Assembly (NCBI GenBank): GCA_017478125.1
Contig: JAFVED010000093.1
Span: 1 to 50,212, forward strand
From: Bacteroidales bacterium
GTDB taxonomy: Bacteria > Bacteroidota > Bacteroidia > Bacteroidales > UBA932
Direction of reading: 5' to 3'
Length of the DNA stretch: 50,212 bases
Shown: in pieces, positions 38,080 to 48,111 of the stretch
Numbering within the stretch: the stretch's first letter is position 1
Layout of the letters: each line of letters opens with the position of its first letter
Notes under the pieces: generated by a model
Seen by the model: only the letters and a program-made list of their open reading frames with translations
What the model was told of the DNA's origin: nothing
Databases searched by the model: none
Made by a program: the position numbers and the translations under genes

Positions 38080-39531
38080 TCACAGTTTGAAAGGGGTACG
38101 GGCATCTGAGTTGATCAGCCTGGCGGCCCTTCTGGACTGGAACGGAGACGGATGAGCGACGAATTCAGGAGCGTTGAAAGACAGGAACAATGAGTTGTAG
38201 TAGCGCCCGGGATCGCGCTGCGGCAGCATGAAAGGCTTGTCACACACCCCGTTCCCGTTGATGTGACACAAATAAAGGCGAGTGTGGAGCCCGTCATCCC
38301 GGCGACTGGAAAACACAAACCACCGGCTCGAGGAGTCCCAGTTGTGGAAGCTCTCAGTGTCTTCGCTGTTCACCTCATCGAGAGGGCGGGACTCTCCTGT
38401 CTCCATGTCGAACAGCCAAAGGTCGGCCTCGTGGTGCCAGATGGAAAAGTTGCCATAGTCTGAAAGCGTGTACATCAAGTATTTCCCGTCATAGGAGGGC
38501 CGCGGAAAAGATACGCTTTTCCCGTCGGACTCGGCATTGATGACCGTCTCGATGACTGAACCCACCGCCCCGGTCGATGGATCGAAATCCGTCTTTAACA
38601 GATTGTACCGGATCGCCGCAAGGCTGTCTGGGATGGGGCGGGGTGTCGCCGCGCAAAAGAACAGTGTCTTGCCGTCCGCGGAAAAGGCGGGGAAAGTCTC
38701 CCATCTCTGATCACCCTTCAGGGAAGGAGGCAGCAGAAGCCTGCCGTTATCCACGTCATACACGCCAAGGTCGCTCTCATGGTCAAAAACCTCGATGATC
38801 TTGTCCGGACCCTCATGGAAAGCCTGTCTGGTGGTGTTAATGGAATAAGCGATATACTTCCCTGAAGGATGCCAATAAGGATAGACGCAAAAACCGGAGG
38901 TACTGTCTGTCTTGGTCTCATAGGCGTCCATAGCGCCATTGGCGCGAAGGAGTGTCGCGCCGCGGGCGCCGCGGATATGGAGACTGAATTCGTCCGGATT
39001 GGCCCTGTTGGACGTATGGCAGTTGACACAGCCCGAGAACGAGGTGTTCTCGATCAGCGCCCTCTCACGGAAAGAAGACAGGTCCCTCTCATAAATGCCC
39101 ATCTTGCTGTAAGAGATGTAGCCCGGAGCCAGTTTCCTGTAAACCAAGCCATAATCCGACGGGTCCTCGCTGACATTTATTGAAAAAGGCTTATAAGTTG
39201 TCCACTCCCCTCCTCGTTTAGCCCGGACGGTGACACGAAGGGTCTGCCCGGCTGAGGCTTTGAGCAGACGGTGCCAACGCCTGATCGGGAACCGGGTATA
39301 TGATCTGCCGCGGGAACACAGCGACCCGGACGGGCCAGAAACCGAGACATCTACAGAGGAGACCAGGCTGTCTGCCATCGTGAAATCCAGGGGCGCGATC
39401 CCCAATGGAACGGTAACCCCTTTATAGTCAGGATATATCTCAGGCTCGGCCACGACTTCGCGTCCAGCCGGGGCGGCGCAGGCGGAAACAATCGCCGCTG
39501 ACACCATAATGAATAACGCTCGCCTGATCAT
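38080..39531 (-). CDS. TolB-like PD40 beta-propeller lipoprotein with a CxxCH motif
   Basis: Lipobox VSAC; PD40 repeats YPYWHPSGKYIAYS, FPAFSADGKTLFF, FPRPSYDGKYLMY, WDSSSRWFVFSSRR; CVNCH motif. ATGA overlap with the upstream gene. Confidence 0.8.
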   Translation of the reverse strand: MIRRALFIMVSAAIVSACAAPAGREVVAEPEIYPDYKGVTVPLGIAPLDFTMADSLVSSVDVSVSGPSGSLCSRGRSYTRFPIRRWHRLLKASAGQTLRVTVRAKRGGEWTTYKPFSINVSEDPSDYGLVYRKLAPGYISYSKMGIYERDLSSFRERALIENTSFSGCVNCHTSNRANPDEFSLHIRGARGATLLRANGAMDAYETKTDSTSGFCVYPYWHPSGKYIAYSINTTRQAFHEGPDKIIEVFDHESDLGVYDVDNGRLLLPPSLKGDQRWETFPAFSADGKTLFFCAATPRPIPDSLAAIRYNLLKTDFDPSTGAVGSVIETVINAESDGKSVSFPRPSYDGKYLMYTLSDYGNFSIWHHEADLWLFDMETGESRPLDEVNSEDTESFHNWDSSSRWFVFSSRRDDGLHTRLYLCHINGNGVCDKPFMLPQRDPGRYYNSLFLSFNAPEFVAHPSPFQSRRAARLINSDARTPFKL

Positions 39532-41204
39532 TTGCCGTGATAGAAATAGTAAAACCAATAGGTAGTGCCATACTTGCTTCTCATAGTACCCTTCGGACGG
39601 TTGGCGCCGCGGTCGCCAAAAAAGGCGACACAACGCTCCGCGATTCCCTCCGGGAGCGTCCAGGGAATGCCGTTGAAGTCCCGGTGGTTCCTTGCCCAAG
39701 CGAGGGCGAGAGCTTCGGCATAAACAACAGAGACAACCTCTTGAGACCTATGAGTCGCTTGATAATCAGCCACAAAGCCATCAAGATCCAGAGCCAGCAT
39801 GTCATAAGCGAGCAAATAATCCCTGGCCAGGGTGTTCGAAGTGTCGCGCCGCGCCAGAAGAGAGAGCACCTCATGGATATTCTCGTCGGAACTCACCATG
39901 TCTTTTTCAGTCAAGCGCTGTTTGGAAATATGTCCGACATCGTCCGATGGACGCCACTTGCGGTAAAACAGAGTATGGCCGAGAGCCTCCATGTATTTAT
40001 CGGCAACGGCGTGATCCCCATTGACCCTGTTTGTCCTCGCCAGCCACTTGTGGCAATAGGCGCTTTTCTGGTAGTCGGGGATAGACTCCTGGGCCTCATA
40101 GACCATCCTCTGGGCACTGTCGACAAGTCCCAGGGCCCAATAGACATGGGCAAAAGCAAGAGGGGATATGAAATCGATTTTTTTGTCAGATATAAGTCCT
40201 TGCGGACCGTTCTGGAAACCCTTGAACAACCCGTCCGGGAACATCCCGGTCTTCGCCATGGCAAGATTCAGGCAAGCGACTGACACAGGGCTCAGAGAAG
40301 GCGTCCCGCGGCCGGCGGCCTCTATAATCCCGTCCCAATCCTCATTCTCCGCAAGGAGGGTATAGCGGATTGTCTCCTCCTTCTGGCGGTTGATGTTCCT
40401 CTCGAGCAAAGGCCAGGCGACAATGAGGAGGGAGGAAACGACCGAGGCCGTCATCACGGCGGCGTTGACTGGGGCTTTGCCTTCCCCCCGGAAAAAGCGC
40501 TGAAGCAAGAGAACTACAGCTGCAAAAGCAAGTGCGTACCATGGCTCAGGACGTACAGTCTGAAGGAAACGGTAGTAGTGAACGCCTCCGGCAAGGGACT
40601 TCATGGGATACTGGAACACCCACGAGGACGCGAAAACCGTGAGGACCGACAAAGGAAGGCCGGATAGCGCCGCTTTCCAATCCCTGGTCGAGAGAGCCGC
40701 GAGGAACATCAGGCACAGGGGACCTGAGACCATATATAATATAGGAGTGGCGACAAGTGTCACCACCATTCTGACGGAGGACCTGCCTATCGAGGCCACG
40801 CCGCGGGCCGCCGCGAGCGAAAGGATCAGAGCGACAACCGCGGAGAGCATAGCGTTCTCGTTTGTATAGAACGCGAACAAGATGGCCACCGGCAGCGCGG
40901 TAAGGCTGGAAAGCCACAAGGGTTTTTTATCAACAAAGCTGAGCAGAAGCAACTGAAACACAATAAGGAGGGCAGAGACGATGCCCGCGCCGACCCAGGG
41001 GTTGAAGAAAAACTGCGTGAAAAAACGGCCTGTCCAGTCCGCCATGCCTCCAGGAACGGAAACAACCTCGACGAAATACCTCCATGTCCATAAGAACAAC
41101 TGATACCTCTCCTGAAAAACCATGTGCGAGGGAAAGCGCGAGGCAAGCAGGAGGGCGACGAAGACGACTTCGGCCGCGAGGAATATTTTGCGATATAGCT
41201 TCAA
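39528..41204 (-). CDS. DUF6057-like membrane protein with TPR-like C-terminus
   Basis: FQERYQLFL...PGG.ADW..RFFTQFF N-terminal motif, multiple TM helices, NLAMAKTG and TYWFYY end. TTG start is uncertain. Confidence 0.75.
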   Translation of the reverse strand: MKLYRKIFLAAEVVFVALLLASRFPSHMVFQERYQLFLWTWRYFVEVVSVPGGMADWTGRFFTQFFFNPWVGAGIVSALLIVFQLLLLSFVDKKPLWLSSLTALPVAILFAFYTNENAMLSAVVALILSLAAARGVASIGRSSVRMVVTLVATPILYMVSGPLCLMFLAALSTRDWKAALSGLPLSVLTVFASSWVFQYPMKSLAGGVHYYRFLQTVRPEPWYALAFAAVVLLLQRFFRGEGKAPVNAAVMTASVVSSLLIVAWPLLERNINRQKEETIRYTLLAENEDWDGIIEAAGRGTPSLSPVSVACLNLAMAKTGMFPDGLFKGFQNGPQGLISDKKIDFISPLAFAHVYWALGLVDSAQRMVYEAQESIPDYQKSAYCHKWLARTNRVNGDHAVADKYMEALGHTLFYRKWRPSDDVGHISKQRLTEKDMVSSDENIHEVLSLLARRDTSNTLARDYLLAYDMLALDLDGFVADYQATHRSQEVVSVVYAEALALAWARNHRDFNGIPWTLPEGIAERCVAFFGDRGANRPKGTMRSKYGTTYWFYYFYHGK

Positions 41205-41260
41205 GGATATCTGCCGTTTTCCGGTAAAGATATAAAAAAGTCTCTTATTTTTCTTTGAAA

Positions 41261-41283
41261 ATACAAACGTTTGTATAAATTTG
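41261..41283 (+). promoter_or_regulatory. LacI-type operator (ATACAAACGTTTGTAT) abutting a TAAATTTG -7 element for susC
   Basis: Perfect 16-bp palindrome at 41261-41276; TAAATTTG at 41276-41283, about 30 nt before the susC ATG. Confidence 0.75.
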
Positions 41284-41314
41284 CGGAAACTACATAAATC
41301 TTAATATAATTCCT

Positions 41315-44300
41315 ATGCGAAACAAACTCTTAAGATTCATCTTTTGTTTGTCTGCAGCCGTCTTCGCGATCGTCGACGCTGGAGCTCAGACAAGAATGAA
41401 AGTTTCAGGATCAATTACTGATTCACAAGGCCCTGTCATAGGAGCCGCGGTTATTGAAAAGGGATCCGCGAACGGAACCACCACGGATTCGAATGGAAGG
41501 TACGAACTCACCGTAGCTCCCAACGCGACCCTCGTGGTCTCTTGCATCGGCTATGCCACCACGGAAATCGCCGTAAACGGCAAAAACTCTGTGGACATTA
41601 ACTTATCTGAAGACACCGAAATGCTTGAGGAGACTGTTGTCGTCGGTTTCGGTACCCAGAAGAAAGTCAACCTGTCCGGATCCATCTCCACGGTCAACGT
41701 GGGTAAGCTCACCGAGAGCCGCCCTGTCACCAGCATCGGTAACGCCCTTGTGGGTATGGCCGCCGGTGTCAACGTGACCTCCGGAAGCAACGCACCCGGT
41801 AGCGACAACGCCACGATCATGGTCCGCGGCCGCGGTACCCTCAACACCGCCACGCCGCTTGTCATCATCGACGGTGTGGAGGCGGCCATCAATTCGGTCA
41901 ACCCCCAGGATGTCGAGTCGATGACAGTCCTCAAGGACGCGGCGTCATCCGCCATCTACGGATCCAGGGCGGCCAACGGTGTCATCCTCATCACGACAAA
42001 GCAAGGCAAGTCCGGCCATGTGAAGGTTGACTACAACGGATATGTCTCGTTTGAGGACATCAGAGTCCCGAAAGTCCTCAGGCCTGTCAGCAATTACGCG
42101 GATTATATGGAATACCTCAACGAGGGTTTGGCCAATGCCGGTATGGCCGCCCAGTTCTCCCAGGAGAAAATCAACGAGTGGCGGAACGGGACTGATCCCC
42201 TGATGTACCCCAACAGCGATTTCATCACCGACACCTTCTCTACCGGAATAGCCCAGAACCATGTCCTCTCTGTCTCCGCGGGAAGCGAGAGGATGCGCCT
42301 TTACGGCTCGCTCGGCTACCTTGACAATCCGGGAGTCCTGCCCAACTCGGGCCAGAAGAAATACAGCGCCCGTGTCAACTTCGAGGTCGACCCGACCAAA
42401 TGGATAACGGTCGGAAGCAACATCAACGGTTACCTGTCCGACTTGGACATGGGCTCAAACCCCGACTTCACCTACATCGGATCCACCTCCCCGGGCATGA
42501 CCTACAAGTTCCCGGACGGCCGCTTCGGAGGTATTGAGAACCCGGAGGACGACCCCCAGTCCAGCGCCAACAACCTTCTCAGGTCAAGATACACCACGAA
42601 AGGAACGGATCTCACCAACAACATCAGCACCCGTTTCTTCTCCACGATCAAGCCGTTCAAAGGCTTCAGCGTGACCGGTTCATACACCTACCAGTTCTAT
42701 GACAAACAGCGGAACACGACTCCTAATTTCGTCGACCTCTGGAGCTACAGGACCAATTCGATCGTGACAAGCGGAACCGGAAGGACAAGCGCCACCAATT
42801 CCAACAACAAGATCATCCGCAAGTACGCCGATGTGATCGCCCGTTATGAGAACACTCTGGTCAATGACCGCTTCGGGTTCAGCCTCATGGTGGGCAGCTC
42901 TACCGAGTCATACCGCTCAGCCAGCTTCTCCGGGACAAGATATGACCTGATCTCCGAGACCCTTTCCGCCATCAACGCCGGAACCGGCGACATGTCAGCT
43001 TCCGGCTCATCAACGGAATGGGCCATGAACTCGTATTTCGGCCGTCTCAACCTCTCATGGGACAACAAGTATCTCCTCGAGGCCAACTTCAGGGCTGACG
43101 GATCCTCCCGATTCCTTGAAGGCCACCGCTGGGGCTACTTCCCCTCCGCTTCCGCGGCGTGGAGAATCTCAGAGGAGGGTTTCATGAAGAACAGCGGAAT
43201 CGACAACCTCAAACTGAGGGTGTCCTATGGCGGACTCGGAAACAACTCCGTGGGCAACTATGAGGCCCAGTCAATGTATGTGACCCAGAATTACTCCCTT
43301 GGTGACGCGGTCGCGGTCGGTATGGCCCAGACAGCCCTCGCCAACGCGAACCTTACCTGGGAAACCACTTACGTCACGAACATAGGTGTTGACTTCGGAC
43401 TGTTCCGCAACCGTCTCAACGGTACAGTGGATGTCTTCGACAAAGACACCAAGAACATCCTCATCAGCCTCCCTGCCCCCGATGTCCATGGCACCGCGTC
43501 AATTCCCACACAAAACGCCGCGGAGGTCAGGAACCGCGGAGTCGAGATCTCGCTGGGATGGCAGGATCACAAGGGTGACTTCAGCTACAGCATCAACGGC
43601 AACTTCACTTATGTCAAGAACAAGGTGCTGAAGTTCAAGGGAGACGACTACTCGCTCTCGGGAGCCAACTACATCAAGGAAGGGCTTCCCATCAACTCCC
43701 AGTACATGTACCGTTTCGACCGCATCATCCAGACCGAGGCCGACATGAAGATCGTGGAGGACATGCTCGCCGCCAACCCGGCCGCGTTCAACACCACAGG
43801 GGTGCCCGGCTACGGTGACATGCTTTACAAGGACATCAACGGGGACGGGGTTGTCAACAGCGACGACAGGGAGATTGTGAGCGACGGCCCCAACCCCAAG
43901 TTCTTCTACGGACTGAACATCGCCCTGGCTTGGAAAGGCTTTGATTTCAACACTCTCATCAACGGGGTCGGCGGAGTCAGCCAATATTGGCAGGACACCT
44001 ACAAGAACACCTCGAACGTCACCTTCGGTTGCGCCATCAACAAATATGTCGCTGAGCACGCGTGGCGCGAGGGACGCACGGACGCCACCTATCCGAAGCT
44101 GAACAACAAGGACACCAAGAATACCCAGATCTCGGACTTCTATCTCCAGAACATGGCCTACCTGAAGATCCGCAACATCCAGCTTGGCTACACTTTGCCG
44201 CAAAACCTCACCCAGAAGATCAGCATCGAGCGCGTCCGCTTCTATGCCAGTCTTGAGAACTACTTCACTCTCACTAAGTTCCGTGGCTTTGACCCGGAAG

Positions 44301-44371
44301 TCAGCGGCTTTAACTATCCGACCATGAAGCATGCCTTGCTTGGCGTAAACATCACATTCGGAGGAAAATAG
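41315..44371 (+). CDS. susC: SusC-like TonB-dependent transporter
   Basis: CarboxypepD-like N-terminus, VVVGFGTQKK, PLVIIDG, VLKDAASSAIYGSRAANGVILITTK, ADGSSRF, LTWET and C-terminal ITF. Confidence 0.97.
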   Translation: MRNKLLRFIFCLSAAVFAIVDAGAQTRMKVSGSITDSQGPVIGAAVIEKGSANGTTTDSNGRYELTVAPNATLVVSCIGYATTEIAVNGKNSVDINLSEDTEMLEETVVVGFGTQKKVNLSGSISTVNVGKLTESRPVTSIGNALVGMAAGVNVTSGSNAPGSDNATIMVRGRGTLNTATPLVIIDGVEAAINSVNPQDVESMTVLKDAASSAIYGSRAANGVILITTKQGKSGHVKVDYNGYVSFEDIRVPKVLRPVSNYADYMEYLNEGLANAGMAAQFSQEKINEWRNGTDPLMYPNSDFITDTFSTGIAQNHVLSVSAGSERMRLYGSLGYLDNPGVLPNSGQKKYSARVNFEVDPTKWITVGSNINGYLSDLDMGSNPDFTYIGSTSPGMTYKFPDGRFGGIENPEDDPQSSANNLLRSRYTTKGTDLTNNISTRFFSTIKPFKGFSVTGSYTYQFYDKQRNTTPNFVDLWSYRTNSIVTSGTGRTSATNSNNKIIRKYADVIARYENTLVNDRFGFSLMVGSSTESYRSASFSGTRYDLISETLSAINAGTGDMSASGSSTEWAMNSYFGRLNLSWDNKYLLEANFRADGSSRFLEGHRWGYFPSASAAWRISEEGFMKNSGIDNLKLRVSYGGLGNNSVGNYEAQSMYVTQNYSLGDAVAVGMAQTALANANLTWETTYVTNIGVDFGLFRNRLNGTVDVFDKDTKNILISLPAPDVHGTASIPTQNAAEVRNRGVEISLGWQDHKGDFSYSINGNFTYVKNKVLKFKGDDYSLSGANYIKEGLPINSQYMYRFDRIIQTEADMKIVEDMLAANPAAFNTTGVPGYGDMLYKDINGDGVVNSDDREIVSDGPNPKFFYGLNIALAWKGFDFNTLINGVGGVSQYWQDTYKNTSNVTFGCAINKYVAEHAWREGRTDATYPKLNNKDTKNTQISDFYLQNMAYLKIRNIQLGYTLPQNLTQKISIERVRFYASLENYFTLTKFRGFDPEVSGFNYPTMKHALLGVNITFGGK

Positions 44372-44413
44372 CTCCTGAGGTAAGCAGTATAAAGCAATTA
44401 ACAACGGATTATT

Positions 44414-46114
44414 ATGAAAAAGACCAGAATACTCTCCTCCGCCAGCCTCCTCGCCGCCTTGTTGGCGATATGTGGCTGCAATTCACTCGACCTTTCTCCT
44501 GACAACCAGCTTTCCTCCGGCACCTTCTGGAAGACAGAGACACACGCGAGGCAGGCGATTGTCGGTGTCTACGCGATGCTCAGGAACGACAACATCTGCG
44601 GTGAGATCTACGAAGAGGACGCCGGTGGCTTTATCGGCACCGGATACGACCGCGGTTTCTTCAACATCGTGAAGGGATCTTACAACTCCACGACCGGGCA
44701 TGTCACCAGCAAATGGTCCGCTCTCTATGAAGGTGTCGCCCGCGCCAACTCGGTCATCCAGAACGTGAGCGGCATGACCGACTATCTCGACCAGGCCGTC
44801 ATCGACAGGTATGTCGGAGAGGCGAAGTTCCTCAGGGCATATTACTACAACATGCTCCTCAACTACTGGGGCGGCGTTCCTATCTATGACGAGAGTTGCG
44901 TCGTAGCCGAGAAATTCTCCGAGATGATGGAGCCTCGCTCAACCGCCGAGCAAGTCCGCGATTTCATAATCAGCGATCTTGACGCCGCGATCGCCGTCCT
45001 TCCCGAGCAGGGAGAATGGACAGGGGCGGACTATGGCCGCGCCACTAAGGGAGCAGCCCAGGCGCTCAAGGGCAAAGTCTTGCTCTACGCGAAAGACTAT
45101 AGCGGGGCCGCCTCGGCGTTCCAGACTGTTATCAACAGCGGAAAGTACTCTCTATATGAGAGTTATCCGAAGCTCTTCCTCCCCGGAGGAGACGCGTCTG
45201 ATGAGATGGTTTTCGCCGTCCAGAACATAGGTGGTGTCGGATCTGACTTCGGTATGCCGATGTGCTTCTACATGGGGACACGATCAACTTACGGCAGCTG
45301 CTGGGACAATTTCACGGCCTCGACAAGGTTTGTCGACAGTTATGAGAACATCGACGGCACCCCGTTCAACTGGGATGACTGGTTCCCCGGCTTCAACTCG
45401 GACAACAAAGTCAAGGAAGAGGTGTTCCTGCTCCAGAACGGAACCAGCTACACCAATCCCGAGCGCCCGGCCCAGGTGGACAAGCTTCTTGAGATGTACA
45501 CCAAGAGGGATCCGCGCATGAACTGGACCATCATACTTCCTTACACCCATTATCTCGGCTGGGCCTCCAACCAAGAGAGGGACATGGAGTACATCATCCC
45601 CGCCTCCGGATCAGGAAACGAGTCGTATGGGTCCATCCGCGTCAACAACTCCTGGAAAATCTACCTTTTCCGCAAGTTTGTGCCGGAAGGAAACATGAAC
45701 GGAGCCCTCAACAACCGCTCCCACACTCCTATCAACTTCCCCCTCATCCGTTACGCCGATGTCCTGCTGATGTACGCGGAATGCCTCAACGAGACCGGAC
45801 AGACCTCTGAAGCCGCGACATACGTCAATATGGTCAGGGCCCGTGTCGGGATGCCGGGAGTCACAGCCACCACCAAGGATGAGATGTTCCAGGCTATCAA
45901 ACATGAGCGCGAGGTGGAGATGGCCGGCGAGGGCCACAGCTATATGGACTACAAGCGCTGGGGCATTCTCGAGGAGCTCAACGGAGTCGCGGAGCTCAAT
46001 CTTATTGGAGGTAGCCTGTACTCCCACGCTACCGCTTCCCGAGACTACCTGTTCCCTATCCCTAACGCCGAGATAGACAAGAATCCCGCTCTCACGCAGA
46101 ATCCCGGCTGGTAG
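44414..46114 (+). CDS. susD: SusD/RagB-like lipoprotein
   Basis: Lipobox ICGC; GEAKFLRAYYY, GRATKGAA, RDPR, IRYADVLLMYAE, ER.VEMAGEG and QNPGW motifs. Confidence 0.97.
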   Translation: MKKTRILSSASLLAALLAICGCNSLDLSPDNQLSSGTFWKTETHARQAIVGVYAMLRNDNICGEIYEEDAGGFIGTGYDRGFFNIVKGSYNSTTGHVTSKWSALYEGVARANSVIQNVSGMTDYLDQAVIDRYVGEAKFLRAYYYNMLLNYWGGVPIYDESCVVAEKFSEMMEPRSTAEQVRDFIISDLDAAIAVLPEQGEWTGADYGRATKGAAQALKGKVLLYAKDYSGAASAFQTVINSGKYSLYESYPKLFLPGGDASDEMVFAVQNIGGVGSDFGMPMCFYMGTRSTYGSCWDNFTASTRFVDSYENIDGTPFNWDDWFPGFNSDNKVKEEVFLLQNGTSYTNPERPAQVDKLLEMYTKRDPRMNWTIILPYTHYLGWASNQERDMEYIIPASGSGNESYGSIRVNNSWKIYLFRKFVPEGNMNGALNNRSHTPINFPLIRYADVLLMYAECLNETGQTSEAATYVNMVRARVGMPGVTATTKDEMFQAIKHEREVEMAGEGHSYMDYKRWGILEELNGVAELNLIGGSLYSHATASRDYLFPIPNAEIDKNPALTQNPGW

Positions 46115-46131
46115 CGGATGACGGTCACATC

Positions 46132-46166
46132 AAGTGGGTTACGCATGTCGCTTAACCCACTTTTTT
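46132..46166 (+). terminator. Hairpin + U-tract after susD (terminator/attenuator)
   Basis: aagtgggtta...taacccactt stem followed by a T run. Confidence 0.7.
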
Positions 46167-46191
46167 AAATATTCAAGAAAACATCGACAGC

Positions 46192-48111
46192 ATGAAAAGA
46201 ATAATCGCACTCATGGCTTCCGTCATCCTTTGCGCGGCCCTTACCGCGAGGGAGAGCGAGCAGCGGAACCTTCTCCAAAAAAGATACACGTTCGAACAGG
46301 TCAAGTCGGCCTTAGTGCTTGACCAGAAATGGGTTCCTTATCCGGATTACCAGGACCGGGCCGGCTGGGACGCCCTCATGGGAGGACATAAGGACGACAT
46401 CATCAAGCAAGGTGAGAGATACCTCGACTACGAGTGGAAAGTCGTCAAAGCAATGGATTACATGGAATATGAGCTTTCCGGCAACCGGGCCATCATGGAG
46501 GGTCCCCTCGGGGCCAACAACAACGCGATCGGTGCCCTGTTCGCGGCTGAGCTCGCGGAAGGGAAAGGACGATTTATCCCTCAGATAATCAACGGAGTAT
46601 GGCACTCTTGTGAGATGACCTCATGGTCTCTTTCAGCCCATCTCGCCAGTTTGTCTTTCTCTCACCGCTCACTTCCCGTCAAGGAGGACAACACCCTTGA
46701 GCTCACCCAGGGAGGAATGGCCCAGATGTTTTCCTGGATTTACTACTACCTCCACGATGAGTTTGACAAGATCCAGCCGGAGTTCAGCAAGCGTCTCAAA
46801 GAAGAACTCACTTACCGTGAGCTCGACGCTTACCTCGCGAGGGACGATTTCTGGTGGATGGGTTTCTCCGGAGGAAACAACGGGATGCTGAACAATTGGA
46901 CCCCGTGGTGCACCTCAAACGCCCTCATCTCGTTCATGCTCATGGAAAACGACCGGGACAGGCTCGCCCAGGCGGTCTGGAAAGGCATCAGGAGCGTGGA
47001 TCTCTATCTCAACTATGTCCAAGGAGACGGTGGCATCGAGGAGGGTCCCTCCTACTGGGGACACGCTCCAGGAAAGCTATATGACTATCTCAACGCCCTT
47101 TCCATGATAACCGGCGGCAAGATCAGCATTTTTGACGAGAAGCAGGTCAGGGACATGGGAGAATACATCGTCCGCTCTTATGTCGGAGACGGGTGGGTCG
47201 TCAACTTCGCTGACGCCTCCGCCCGCGGAGGAGGGGAACTCCCCATGATTTACCGTTACGGGAAGGCCGTAGGAAGTGATCTCATGATGGGCTACGCGGC
47301 CCAGATGCAGAAAGGCAAGCCAACATCCGTCTCCGGAGGACTTGACATGTCACGGTACTTTGAGACCCTCAGATATGAGAAAGAATTCCTTGCCTCGGAC
47401 AAGAGTTATACGCCAAGCAATTACACCTGGTATCCGGTCACCGAGTTCCATTACATGTCCAATCCGGAAGGTGTCTTCGTGGCGGCAAGTGGAGGCTACA
47501 ACAACGAGAGCCACAACCACAATGACGTCGGCTCGTTCAACCTCTACTATGACAACCTCCCGGTCATCATCGATGTGGGAGTGGGCACCTACACCCGCCA
47601 GACTTTCAGCAGCGAGAGGTATAACATCTGGACCATGCAGGGCAACTACCACAATATCCCCATGGTCAACGGTATAGCTGAGGCCTTCGGGACCCGCTAC
47701 GCTGCCAAGGACTGCAAATCCACCCCGAATAGCTTCTCCGCAGACATAGCCGACGCCTATCCCGCCGAGGCCGGCGTGCGGAAATGGATCCGCTCATACA
47801 CCCTCTCGGGCAAGACACTCAATGTCTCTGACCAGTTCACGCTTTCAAAGGCGGAGGCCCCCAACCAGATCAACTTCATGACATGGGGCAGCGTCGACAC
47901 CTCTAAACCCGGTGTGGTAAACGTCGAGGTCAGGGGAAAGAAGATGCGGCTTAAATATGATGCCAAAACTTTCACGGCAGAGGTGGAGACCATCAGGCTG
48001 ACCGACCCGAGGCTGTCCAATGTCTGGGGAGACGAGGTCCACAGGATCTCCCTGAAGGCCACAAAGCTCCAGAAGAGCGGAAAGTATAATTACACGATAA
48101 CCAAACTATAA
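46192..48111 (+). CDS. Heparinase II/III-superfamily polysaccharide lyase (PL33-like)
   Basis: NNWTPWC, GGIEEGPSYW, VNFADA, SHNHNDVGSF, IDVGVGTY and HNIPMVNG motifs; signal peptide. Confidence 0.8.
   Translation: MKRIIALMASVILCAALTARESEQRNLLQKRYTFEQVKSALVLDQKWVPYPDYQDRAGWDALMGGHKDDIIKQGERYLDYEWKVVKAMDYMEYELSGNRAIMEGPLGANNNAIGALFAAELAEGKGRFIPQIINGVWHSCEMTSWSLSAHLASLSFSHRSLPVKEDNTLELTQGGMAQMFSWIYYYLHDEFDKIQPEFSKRLKEELTYRELDAYLARDDFWWMGFSGGNNGMLNNWTPWCTSNALISFMLMENDRDRLAQAVWKGIRSVDLYLNYVQGDGGIEEGPSYWGHAPGKLYDYLNALSMITGGKISIFDEKQVRDMGEYIVRSYVGDGWVVNFADASARGGGELPMIYRYGKAVGSDLMMGYAAQMQKGKPTSVSGGLDMSRYFETLRYEKEFLASDKSYTPSNYTWYPVTEFHYMSNPEGVFVAASGGYNNESHNHNDVGSFNLYYDNLPVIIDVGVGTYTRQTFSSERYNIWTMQGNYHNIPMVNGIAEAFGTRYAAKDCKSTPNSFSADIADAYPAEAGVRKWIRSYTLSGKTLNVSDQFTLSKAEAPNQINFMTWGSVDTSKPGVVNVEVRGKKMRLKYDAKTFTAEVETIRLTDPRLSNVWGDEVHRISLKATKLQKSGKYNYTITKL

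Noticed and set aside
43831-43866. EF-hand-like DINGDGVVNSDD in SusC
   Set aside because: A common feature of SusC-family loops; not novel.
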